Of a stretch of DNA of 64,000 bases, positions 36,705 through 50,744 are shown one piece after another. The position numbers and the translations under genes are program-made. Position 1 is the first letter of the stretch, and each line of letters starts with the position of its first letter. The DNA is taken from assembly GCF_964204645.1 (NCBI RefSeq), contig NC_134026.1, forward strand, positions 12,956,050-13,020,049, read 5' to 3'. The notes under the pieces are model-generated. The model worked only from the letters and a program-made list of their open reading frames with translations. It was not told the origin of the DNA and did no database searches. Origin of the DNA: Tubulanus polymorphus. Its lineage: Eukaryota; Animalia; Nemertea.

Positions 36705-37931
36705 CTAATACATAACACTGTGTAATTGTGAATTTGTAATATTTAGTTGCGCATCAGATATAATATAAATATGTATTTTGAAATTTAGACCCGCTTTTTT
36801 CTTTTTCATGAATAATTGTATTCCATCTTTTGTGTTCTGTAGCTTTTTACCAGAACCATGTAATAACTTATCTTCAGTTGTTCTAAAATCTAACGATAAT
36901 GCATATTTATTGCCGGTATAATGATCAATTTGATTAATTTTCAGATGATTTTATTTTTTCATTCATAAAATGTTTTTTAATTTCTACCCATTGATCTATC
37001 ATTCTCATTCCCTGACAAAATGTCTTATTTGCAATGCCTTCAATTGTTATTTCTACTTTTGAAATTTCCGGATTATATCAAGTATCAACCTGTATTGCGC
37101 CATTAGAATATGTTGCAATGGTAAAAAATATTAATATACCTTTAATAGATCTTCTTGGGAAGTTGATATTCTCATTAATTATTTCATCGTTTGCACTAAT
37201 AGTTACAATTTTAAATTGATCAATGTAATCATATGATAATGAAAATCCTTGATTATATTGAGTTTGAATTATACTTGAAATATTTTCATTAGTTATTGTA
37301 TCATATTCTCAACATATATTCGATAATTTATCACCCATATCTTTAACAACACTAGATAATACAATTTCATTAACAGGAGCAAATGTTATTTCGAATATAA
37401 TGTCTTCTTGAATTGCACATTTATATAAAGGTGCATTATTATTTATCAATTCAAAATCTAATGGAAATATATATTTACTTCCATAAATCTTTTTTATCAA
37501 ATTATCTGTAGCATTATCTGCTATTCTTCTGATCTTAATTTATTTTGATTTAAGGATTGGGTTCCTTGAAATATCATATTATTTTCTATTTTCTTCTGTT
37601 AACCATGAATCTTTGTAATGCATAAATAAATTATAATCATCTAATGAAAAAATAGTCTTCGGACCGATCTTTATAGTTAATTTTTTAATCAAATATCTTC
37701 CATTATCAACAACATAATTATTATCATGACCAGTTACTTTTATATCAGCTGAAAATAAATACTATTTGGAACATAAAAAGTATTTTGATTTAATCTCGGA
37801 ATTCTAACATATAAAGTTTCATCAGGATTAATATTAGAAGGATTATGAGCAATTATATGATGAGATCTCTCTGCTTTAATAGCATTTGATATTCTAGAAT
37901 TTTTAGAAGGATTTATGTAACTCCCACTCAT
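36705..37931 (-). pseudogene. MCP, copy 2
   Basis: Fragments 37740-37931 and 37309-37500 are nearly identical to 13203-14446; multiple frameshifts. Confidence 0.85.
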
Positions 37932-38125
37932 TTATTTAAGAGAAAAAAATTAATTAAGAATCATTACTTGGGGATTTATCCGGTTCATTAGGAGTAGGAG
38001 TAGATTTTAATGAATTTGAAATAGCTAAACCAATTGTTGTAAATACCGTAGTTACAGCTGTTAGAATTGAAAGAATTGTGATACCTTCTAACTTCAATAA
38101 TAATTTTATTCTATCTTTTAATGAT

Positions 38126-39420
<1,295 letters not shown>

Positions 39421-42400
39421 AATCCGGTTTTATTATTTAATCTTTAAAAATAACTTTTTATTTTTTAATATGATTGAGATCATATGATTTTAATAATATA
39501 TCTCTTTCTTTTTCCTGTAATTCTTTGTTATATTTTAAATCATCAATTTCTTTTTCTAAAGATGAATTTCTGCTTTCATATTCAGCTTCATCAACTACTT
39601 GACGATTTCTATCTAATTCTAATTGTTCTAATTCTTCATTTGTATCAGTTACTTCTTTTCTAACATGGTTATTTTAGAAAATCTCATCTTAATATCGGTA
39701 ATTTTATCAGTTTCATCGTTTATACTAATAATTTCTCTACGTGCTTGTTTGGGAAATATTTTTAATTCTTCATCAGTTAAATCAAAAAATCCTTTTTCTA
39801 ATAAAAGTTCCATTTGATTTGTTCCAGTTTCAGTACCATGTGTATCTCAAGTATTATTTATCTGTTTTTCTGCCACATTAATTGAATCTATTGAGTCAAA
39901 TATTTGTTTTACTAATTGTAATTGACTTATCAATGTCAATTGGTTGACTGTCTCTTCTCGATGTTTCTGGTGTTGAAGATCTTAATTTATCTAATCGATC
40001 TCCATACTCTTCCATTTCTGGATCAACATAAGTAGGTTTTACATTTCGATTCTTAAATGGTGAATATTTGTCAATATCTATATCCTTAATTGGTTCTTCT
40101 TCGTTTATTCTATCGATTGCATTCCATATAATTCTGAGAAATTCTGTACCACCTTTTGAACGTTCAATTGTAGATCTTGCTAACATTACAGGATGGGACA
40201 GATCTTCTTGCCCCATTTTAGATAATTGTAATTTTACATTTTCACCATTTAGGACAAGATTATAATACCATGCATCATTTTTGAATTCTAATTATTATTC
40301 ATGAAATGTGGATCATCTAATTTCTCTTATTTGTTCTGAAATATCTTCTGGTTCAATGTAATCTGTTAAATTTTTGATACTATTTCTTCAAAAACTGTAT
40401 TTGTTACACCATGTTTTATGATTAATAATTGTTTTTTCAATTCAGGGTTTTTTGTTCTTTCTAATCTATTAATAAAATCTTTTCTTTCTGGTCTAGTTTT
40501 AATTATTACCTCATCGCGGGTTCTTAAATAGTCTATTAATTTTTCATTTGTTTCAGTATCATCTTTAAATTCGTCATAATCATATAATATAGGCCCACTA
40601 GAATCATCTTCATCTAAATAAGTATTATATTTTATTTTATTTTTTTATCACCACTTAAACTTGTATCAGGAAACTCAGGTTGTTATATTATACCTGATTC
40701 ATCAAAAGTATCCATTGGAATATCTTCTCCACCTTCTGCCATTTATATCTTATAAAGATTAAAATTTAGAATAAAATATTCCTCCTATTACAATTCCTAT
40801 ACAAGTTATAGCTGATTTACTATTTTCATGTGATTTATTATCATTATTACTTTTAATTATATCATGTTGAATAATATCAGTTTTTATATTTTCTGTAGTA
40901 TTGTAATCTTTTATTTAGAATCATTATTTAATTTAATATTCTTAGTTTTAGTTTCTGTTGATTGAATATTTTGAATGTTTTTTAATTTTTTCACCTTCCA
41001 TTAATTTTGGAGCCATAATAATCTTTTTATTTATATCATTTCACCCAAACTTATTATTTATTGTTGCAGTTTTAATCAAATTATTATAACCAATTATATT
41101 TCCCGTTTTTAATATGAAATCATTTGAAATAATTAACAAATTAAGGCCTATACTATAATTTAATCTTACATGAGATTTATTTAGATAATTTTGGTACCTG
41201 GCTATATTTTCTGGAATCGATCTATTTTCATCATTATGAATAGAATCTACAAATAAAACTTTAAATTGTTTCTGCGCATCAAATGAAGTATTATCATTCC
41301 CAACTATTGGTGATCTTGTTTCAACTTTTGCACCTAGAATACATATCAAATATATTCGTATAGATTGATTTATTCTTTGTATACCTGATTTTGTAAATCC
41401 TTCACTATTATCTAAAATAAAATAAACCCAACCATTATTATTATCAATTTTATAATTATGATAAGCTCCAACGCTATGCATATAATCAATTCTTTTTATT
41501 TCAAACTGTTCACCAACACCATGTAATTTACCATGCGCTCTAAAATCGGAATTAATACTTATATTAAATTCATTACATATTTTATAAAACTTAGAGAGAT
41601 TAATATTACTATCCAATTTTTTAAAATATCGACCCAGGTAAAGGACATTCTAATTCATTTAATCTAATTCTGATTTGAAATGTGTGAAATCTAAAGATTT
41701 TATGAATTAATTTTAAATCAGAATAATTCAAATTTTTATCTAAGTTACTAAGATGATCATTCCAACTTACACCACACCCTGTTGTTGCGCAATAAACTGC
41801 AAAATTTAATTGGTTCTGCCAATACTTCATATTAGATTTTAATTACCATTGTTTTGCCTCATTTAAATTTTTAAAATTAATTACGTAAATATGTAATATA
41901 TTTTCCATCTTAACATTTAAATTATTAGTTTCAGTATCATGAATATCTAAATTAATTAATGAATTCAAAACTTCATTTCTATAAGTGATATTCTTATTAA
42001 AATCTATTGCTCGAATATTATATTTAATTGATTTATTATATTGGAAAGCTTTTGGAAAACTAATTGCCATTTATATAAATAATTAATAATTCATTAATTC
42101 TTTTAATAATTAATCTTGTTCTTCAATTGTAATATTACCATTTAAACTAATAATATAATCTAATTTATTTTTTAATTTATTAATTTCTTTTATATTAGAT
42201 TTATTAGATTTTCTTTATTATTTTTAATATTTAATTTTGAGCTTATTCCGGTTAAAACACTTGAACTTAAACCTAAAGCTCCAATCGCGGATAGCTAAAG
42301 AAGTTAATGGTGAGAATATTGCTAGAAATGTTATTACAGAACTAATTGTAACTGAACCACTAATAATAAAATAATATATAATTTCACTTTTTAAATATTT

Positions 42401-42560
42401 TTTCTTTTTAACTTTTAAATCATTTTCAAATTCTAATATTTGTTTTTCAAAATATGTTTTTAATTTAGTTTTATTTATATCATGAGGAATAATATCATTA
42501 TTATCAACTTATTTACCCATTTATTTAGCAAAAAATAATATATAATTAATTAGTAAATTT

Positions 42561-42965
42561 TTATGCTACAAATATAACAACTGTTCTACCTAAAATCCAT
42601 ATTATTTCATATTTCTGTTGTTCTTTTCTAGGGGTATAATAATCTGATAATTTAGGTTTATATAGATGTAATTTTTCATGATTTGTTATCCCGTTATATA
42701 AACTCGTTGCATCATCGACTGACTTAAAATCTCTATGTGAAATATTTTGATTATATAATTCTTTATTGATATAATCCATGTAGTTTTGTCTTTTTTCTCT
42801 ATATTCTTCTGCAGCTTTATTATATTTCTCTAATGCTAAGTTATGTCTTTTTTGTTCTGCTAACGAACCATTTTTATCAATATGCTTAAATAAATACCCA
42901 CTACCAGTAAATGCTAAAGCGTTAACAATTGCCGATCCTATAATAGTTACAGCAGCAGACGCCAT
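42561..42965 (-). CDS. Small hydrophobic Polinton protein, copy 2
   Basis: Uninterrupted 134-aa version of the split gene at 17789-18209. Confidence 0.75.
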   Translation of the reverse strand: MASAAVTIIGSAIVNALAFTGSGYLFKHIDKNGSLAEQKRHNLALEKYNKAAEEYREKRQNYMDYINKELYNQNISHRDFKSVDDATSLYNGITNHEKLHLYKPKLSDYYTPRKEQQKYEIIWILGRTVVIFVA

Positions 42966-43549
42966 TTATTTAATGAAAAAATTATGCATTTATATAGGAG
43001 GAATATATTTTTGTATTTCTAACTAATCAATAGTTAAATTAGATAAAGTTACTGCTAACGTTAATTTTAGAATATTATTTATATCAAATCTATCAACTTT
43101 AGCACTTCCCATTCTAAATACTTTTTTTAATACCATTGTATATCCAACAGTTCCTACTGATAATAATTCTCCATTATATAATCCATTTATTATCCACTTA
43201 TTATCACTCATTTATTTATCAAAAAAATTATTATCCTCAAAATATTTAGTTGTGTTATTTATAATTATTTTAACATTTATTTTATCACTACTTTTATGAT
43301 TATCATATATTTAAGATAATATATTTTTAATATCATCGATAATTCCATCTTCAGTTAATTCATAATATTCTAAAGATTTTTTAATTAAATCAGTTACTTA
43401 TTCTATATTATAATTTTCGTTATTAATCATTGATTCATTATTAAATGATTTACTTTTTATATCAGTAATTACATCATTTAATTTAATTCTCATTTCATTA
43501 CCATGTTTAAAATCAAACCCAAAACAAATACTCGGCCCTACTGTTATAT

Positions 43550-44319
43550 TTATTTATATAACAGAAAAAAATACTCTTTCCATCTTATAACTAATTCATT
43601 AATTACAGGAAAGTTATTCAAATCAATTAAATATCCATTGTGATTTCTTATTTCTAATCTAAAATTATTAAAATTAGGAATACATGGCTTGAAATCACAC
43701 TCAGCTAAATTATAATTTATTTGTGTTCCAAATTCTTTTACATTTTTTAATGGTAAAATATTTAATAAACCAGAATTACAAATTGTATCTTTAGTTGCTT
43801 CAAATGTCTTTGTAGGATCAATTAAATTGCAATAAATATAATAGTGTGTAAAAGGTATTAAGTTTGGTGTAGCATTAGCATTACGTATCCTTACATCTGG
43901 GTTAATTCCTAACAGTTTAGCTATAGGTTTTTTAACTAGAAATTGATGTTGATCTTCATTACCGAGCTTTATTCTTATTTTATCAGAGCTAGCACTTTTA
44001 ATAAGTCTTAATCCAAATCCAGCAGATGCCCCCATTTTTGAGCGTGCTCTTTTATTAATTTCTTGCGCTGATGCGCTGATCCTGGTTTAAGATAAAGATG
44101 AAACCATCTACTTTTATTTCTATCATGAATTAAAAAGACTCTATGTTCAATACTTTTATCCGAAATATTATAAAAAGAATTACATAAACTTACATTTACT
44201 AATTTTAAATCTACACAATTCTTAAATTCTCTATCTAATTGTACTAGTAAATTATGTGATTTATAATTTGTAAGTCTTCTTGAATCAACAAATATTTCAT
44301 ATTCTTTTAATTCTACCAT
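43550..44319 (-). pseudogene. Penton, copy 2 (frameshifted)
   Basis: ORFs 44008-44319 and 43550-44035 are nearly identical to 18817-19575. Confidence 0.88.
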
Positions 44320-45465
44320 TTATTTTACATATTTTTTTATTCAAAATCTATTTCATAGTGCCCTTTTTCATTCATACCTTTATATATGAAATAGAAATCA
44401 CCTGAACATAATTCTTCTAGACCTTTTGGTAAATATGTTCTGAATTTATATTTATTTCCTTTAATGCTTCATATTCTAAGTGAATTACTGATTTACTACC
44501 ATATCTATTAGTAATTGTTTCAATATTTGTAATTAGATATTCATTTGTAGTATCTTTAATTCTATTTAAGAATTCACTGTGTATTTGTTTACTCTCCATT
44601 TTAATAACATATTTTTTTATTAGAATTGATTTTAGAAGTTGTTAATTTATATATGTTATTCATTTTAATGTTATTCATTTATATGAATATTATTAGTGTG
44701 GTATTATGGGAAATACCCATTAACCAATACAGTTTATATTTCAGATTTCCCCTTTCAGTCTATCATAATGCATGTACGTGTTGCTAGCATTTCTGTAATC
44801 TCATAACCATGTTTTTCACACTTAATGTACCAGCAATTCCAATTGCTACCAAAACCTATATATCTAACCCACACATTCAGTGTGGCGCATTCATTCATTC
44901 ATGCCTCTAGCAAGGCAGGAACAAGTGTCTTCGCATTTACTGGTGAGTTTTACTTTATACTTCGAATTTGTCAATTTTGCTCTGTCTCTCGAGTTTATTT
45001 TCCTGTGGCATAGGTGGCAAAGCTTTACATGTTCTTCGTGGGCATAGCTAAATAATATAGCATTTCCATGTTGAATAATATAGAGTTTTTTGACTTAATA
45101 TAGATTTAATAGATTTTCCTTAATAGTGATTGATATTGTTTTGAGAGTTGATTAATTATAGTGTAGTTATTATTCAATTCAGTTTGAGATTCAGTTGCAT
45201 TAATGAATTAATATACTTTATGTTTTATGCAAATGCTAAGAGATGTTTTTTATATTTTGTAGACCTTGCTAGTTAATAACTACTATAGTTATAGTTGCCA
45301 GTCACATTTCCGATAGTTCCGGCGTTATTGAAATTTCGCTACGATGTAAACTAACTGATACTTAGATAATCTGTTAATACGCGCCAATTCTATAGTCTTT
45401 TTTGCTGATGTGCCTGGGACAGGTTTTCTTTCCCTCCGGACCTTAACCCCTGCATACCACATTAG

Positions 45466-45603
45466 AGTAATTGGGAATAAGTTGGTTCAGGTTAAAGGGT
45501 TGAGAGGTCGAGTGAGTAGAAAAATAAATTCTCGCACGCTCGAATTTATTTTTCTACTCACTCGACTCAACCTTTGACCTGAACCAACACATTCCCAATT
45601 ACT
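45466..45603. repeat. Polinton-family terminal hairpin (AGT...ACT)
   Basis: AGTAATTGGGAAT...TTCAGGTTAAAGG...AAATAAATTCTCGCACGCTCGAATTTATTT...ATTCCCAATTACT. The loop is nearly the same as in the hairpins at 53636 and 60610. Confidence 0.88.
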
Positions 45604-48545
45604 ATTATACCAAATTTTCCCGATAATTGTTTTATAAATAAATGAGTATCATATCCTCATAAATAATGAAATAATATTGGTACGAAATTAACCTTTTTAG
45701 CTTGTAAATTAGAATCTTTATGAGCAGCTCCACGATATTCTGGATCTAAATGATAATGGTCTCTTACTTTATTATCAAATGAATAAAATGGCTTTTCACA
45801 AAACCAACAATAAGTTGCATAATTAAAATCAATTTCATCTATCGTCATTATTATGGTTTTTATTTTTGTTTAATAATTGTGCAAAATCACTTTCTTATTC
45901 AATTATCTTATTACAAAATCCATTTGCTACATCTTCACCTCTGAAAGAAATATATTTACTTTCATATAATTCAGGGTAATTTGATTTTATATAAACTCCA
46001 TAAGCAGCTGCTCTTTGATGAACTTTTTTAATTGTATTTATAATTGGATCTTGAATTGTATCTTCATTTAATTAATTTTCTTTATCCATTGATTTTGAAA
46101 TTTGATTTTTGTTGTATATTTCTTTTCTATCTTGATCAGTTAAATCTTTATTCAATGATTCAAAATCTCCATATATTACAAATGGAACCATGTTTTTAGA
46201 TTTATAAATAGTAAATTTCAATTTATACTCTTTTTCTGTTGGCATTATTAATTTGCAAAAATCTTTATAATCACATAACTCTTCATGTTTTAGTAACGCA
46301 TTTTCTGTCATAAATTTAGATAAACATTTTCAATATAGATAAATTTTATTATGGTGATCACTTTCTGTTCTGAAAAATAAATATATTTGTTTTAACCACA
46401 TATAATGTTCATTTTCATCTTTTTTCATAGTATAATAAATCTATAACATTTGCGTCATAATCTTTTGTTAAATTTAAAGCTTCTACTGTATAATCTTTAA
46501 TATTTTCACCTTTTGTCTTTGGTAATTGCATTAATTCGAATACATTTATTTTTTTTAAACTATTAACTTTATTGATCGATTTTATATAATGTTTCATATT
46601 TCCGGTAATCTGATATTCTAAAACTATGTGTAATTTCTTCTGTTGGGTATAAACAACTAATAGACGACCATAGAAAACATTTGTTATCTTTATTTTGAAT
46701 ATTTATTACTGCTTTTGTCGTAAATGGTAATTTAATGTAAGACGATGCTTTAATATCCGTTGCTCTTGTAAAGTTTGAATTATTTGTAAAAATTTTATTA
46801 CTTATTGATTTTTATCATGGGCTTGCATGCTTGCAAGCCCATATTGCTATTACACGTATTGATAACTTGCTTGGGGAGTCGATAACTTTCGTTAGAAACG
46901 TTCTTGGGCTCTGATATTTACACACATTTAATGCAGTTATAAAATCTAGGTTCCTGTCGTATATTGGCTATATCGGTTGTCGTTTTCATTGTTTTATAAT
47001 TTTGTTTAATCGTTTTTGTTATTTCAGCAGCGCATACCAACCTTGGTTGAGCATGCGTGATCAGTCTTGAAAATTGGTATTCATGCGCGGCATAGTGCTG
47101 CCGACAATTCAATTCATTCTTTATTGACACAATAAAACATTTACTTTCACGTTTTAAAAAAATTCTTTTGATTTTCTTTTACTTTCTTTCGGGGCTTGCG
47201 TTAGCGGCCATTTGACAAATCTTTGTATGAACATTTATATTTTTCAGTTTAGATATCTAAAACTTAAAATCCGCTTTTCTGTAAAATAAATTCTGAATTG
47301 AATAGAAGACTGGTTCCCTGTCTATTCAAAGAGCCAGGGGGCGGTAGTCTATGGTGGCAATAAACCTTATGAGTAAACTTTATCGGATGATCGTAGTGGA
47401 TTGTCGTTTGAAGGAGATGTAACTTATTCTTGCTTAATGTCTTTCTTAATGTTTTTTCTTTCAGCTGTAAATTTTTCTATGCAAAATCATTTCAACACAA
47501 TCCGATACGTAATCTAGCAATTATCAACATGATGATAAATTCCGTTAAGACACTACAATACTCAAATAACAACTATCCAAAAGCTTGCACTAACTTGGTC
47601 CACGTCTACAATAAAACCATTCCGATATTCCCAGTCCCCGTGTATAACATTTCATGTACGATGTACGACAAAACCGATCTCTTAGCTCTTTAAGTAATCA
47701 GTTCAAAGTACGATTAATTCTACTACAGAAATACAAAACCACCAAGCAAGCTTTCGGTACAACCATGTCAGCAAGCCCATTTTTAGAATTTCTGTCTTGT
47801 TCCTATTTGTATTGTAAATATTTAAATCTAGAAATAAAATTTTATTCAATGTTTAATGTTTAACCAGAACCTTTTTTAATATCTTTCTTCAATATAGCTT
47901 TTAGATTCATTATATATGTTTTCTAATTTCTCTTTTATTTGTGTTTTTGAAATTATTTCTTCGGAATGTGTTTGAATATTACTCTCCATTTTTTCTTCTG
48001 ACTTTATATAACTTACTTTTCCAGAAATACGAATTTTTGGATATTCAACATCAGTTAAGAAATCCAATATCATTTCAAAAAATTTACTTTAATCTTCTAC
48101 TCTTGTGCCTTTAAAAAATTTAAATATAATAGCTGCAGGACCAATTTTTCTACGTAATGTTTCTAAAATTTCAATTCTATCTTTTATTTTAAGTGAATCG
48201 ATATAAGTTCAAACATTTTCCATCTAAGGTTTTTTTGAAATACATTTAGTTTCTTTAATAGATATTTTTACTTGTTGAGATTAATCATCAAAATATTCTG
48301 TTCCTAAAATATTTTTACTTAACTTTTGTTGATGTTTTTATGATTCAAGATGTCTTTTATAATTCCTTTTACTTATAAATTCATTACAAACATCACATTT
48401 AATTTCATATTTTTTCATATTTTCTAATTGTTCTTTTTTTTCATTTGGAATTTTCTGGTGTCTCAAAACCTATAACATTTATTTTATGAATAACAGTTTT
48501 TTTGTCGAGATTTTTGAGATTTATCAATGTATTGTTCACAATATG
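45604..48545 (-). pseudogene. polB: pPolB N-terminal half, second copy, truncated after ExoII
   Basis: DVEYPKI.IS.KV, KCFLWS, VPFVIYGDFES, CWFC..RDHYH...GAAH and GYDTHLFIKQL, ending at the hairpin. Confidence 0.88.
46809..47801 (+). mobile_element. HINE-like (Helentron-associated) non-autonomous element inserted in the PolB remnant
   Basis: T-rich 5' flank, subterminal IR ATGGGCTTGC with a local palindrome, GCAAGCCCAT at 47771-47780, and CTTGTT end. Confidence 0.65.
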
Positions 48546-48599
48546 TACAATAATATTGATTTTTATTTTTATTATTGATTTTTTTATGTTCACTGTCTC

Positions 48600-49600
48600 C
48601 CATTTATTAGGGGAAAAATTACGAGTGGTGATGGGTGATGTGCCGACCTCTCGACATCTGGTATAAAAGCCTATATTTCCAATTACTGAAAGACAACGAT
48701 AAATCGATTGATTCAGATATTCCTTGGAAATTAGACCCTAGTCATTTGTCACGATGGCTACCAGTTAAAGAAGGTGGAATAGATACTACAGGAAAATTCT
48801 CATTCATTCGTATTTATGCGTGGTCCTTGCGATTCATTAGAATCTGTCGATCACCAAAAAAGTCACGTATTATCATCCAAAGAATTGAAAGAAGCCGAAC
48901 TGACAATTTTAAAATTCGATCGGCGAAAACGTTATCCCGACGAAATAGCAGCTCTGAAAAAGAAAAACAATGTTCTTCTTATAGCAGTAAACTTGTTGCG
49001 TTCATTCCGTTCTTGGGTGAAAAAGATGTATAGCGTTCGCGAACTCGATTAGAAAATAGTCCTGAGTTACCGAGTGAAGCGAAATTTCCGATTATCTTTG
49101 CGAAATCTATTCCCGTCGCGGGACCCTTGATACTTCAGGAGCACGATGATACCGACCATAGCGTCAGACCAGCTCATATTCATAATTCGTTGAGACAGAA
49201 GTATTTGATCTTACAAGGATTAACTCTCGTGAAGAATATAATTCGCGCTGTTCACTTAAAAACAACCGATAGTTTAGATACCGATTCGTTACTCTCCAGA
49301 TTCGTTCGTTTTGCAGCAAGACAAGGTTGGCCAAAACGATGTTTATCAGACAACGGAGGTTGTTTTGTATCTGGAGAGTCAGAATTGCGAGAACTTACCG
49401 ATTTGTTAAGTCGATCTAGACCAGGAAAAATTGCGAACAATTAAGCGAATAATGGAGTTCAGTGGGTTTGGAATCTTCCCGCCAGCCCGCATTTTGGAGG
49501 CGTGTTTGAAGTCATGATAAAAGCAGCTAAACGTTCGATTAAAGCGATGATAAAAAATAGCGATCTTAATGATGAACAATTCCGAACGAGTAATTGGACG
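48600..49600 (+). pseudogene. Degenerate BEL/Pao pol fragment (integrase region)
   Basis: RAVHLKTTDSLDTDS...RFAARQGWP...SDNGG.F, followed by W.WN.PASPHFGGVFE..IK..KR; internal deletions. Confidence 0.8.
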
Positions 49601-50554
49601 ACTGATCGGGCCATGTAATGAAAAACCACGGACGTTATAAACTTTCTTTTACAGACACTTTAAGTTGTAACCACGTTCAGACGCAAAAACACCACGATAA
49701 TACGATCGCGGTATCGCGGTAATTTTCATTTTAACGCAGCAATTTAACGAAACGGAACCGAACATGCCAGAGAATCGAATCAGCCACCAGCTGTGTTAGT
49801 AAGGACAAATAATATGTTATTATCAGGCCTTGTAATGTTGATTTTTCATTAAATATGAAAATATTTTCAATGGAGTTTGTATAAGTTTGACAACCATTGT
49901 TCGCTTTCTCCCTGAAGATTTTGCTGTGCCTGTTATTCATCTGCTTTTAAGGGTTAATCAGTGATGCGCATTTTGAAACTGGAATGGTTGGAAAAGGTTT
50001 CAAATATTTAAACCTCCATAGGAATTACTAGCGAAAAGTTTCTGCTCATGCAAATCTTTGAGAAAATATGGCCAGAAAACAAGCATAACTTTCAAAATCA
50101 AGACAGTATTGAATTGTAAATAACATTTCATCACAAGTGGTGACATGTATATTTGTTATAATTGTAATTGATACCGTTAGCTACATTGACACACTTGCCG
50201 GGCGAAGCAAGACGTGTTCCTTTTGCCAAACTGGAACTTCCGATTATCTCGACGAAGTCTAAACGTCCTCTTGTAAAAAAACATTTCGTACGAAATTCGA
50301 ATTGTGGAACTTCTTCTTAATGCCTGAAAATGGACCATCCTAAGTACACTGATATTGCACAGCTAGTAAAACATCGCATCAGAATATATCAGAATAACAT
50401 CAGAATATCTAGCAAAATTCCCAGCGAGGGGTATCCGAATTATGTATGACGGTTGATGTATTTTAGGCGACATTCTTCAAGTAGGTACACACACAAATGC
50501 ACGATCAAATATTTTTCCTGCTGGCAGGATATGATTTTTTGGTGATGTGTTATC

Positions 50555-50640
50555 TATAAATGCACGTGAATGCATCCATCAAATTTCACACGTTTCAATT
50601 TGTACCATAGCAGATAAAATAATTTACGTAGATTATGCAG
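50555..50640 (+). promoter_or_regulatory. Putative TATA box and non-coding first exon of the host gene
   Basis: TATAAAT at 50555, donor CAG|GTAATA at 50640/50641, and acceptor TTCAG ending at 50733, 11 nt before the ATG. Confidence 0.5.
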
Positions 50641-50744
50641 GTAATATAATCTAAAAAGCATGCATTGGCAGTTAACATTAATGGGCTTCCGTTGAAACGG
50701 TATTTATACGTCGAATCACTACACTATATTCAGAAGTTAATACA

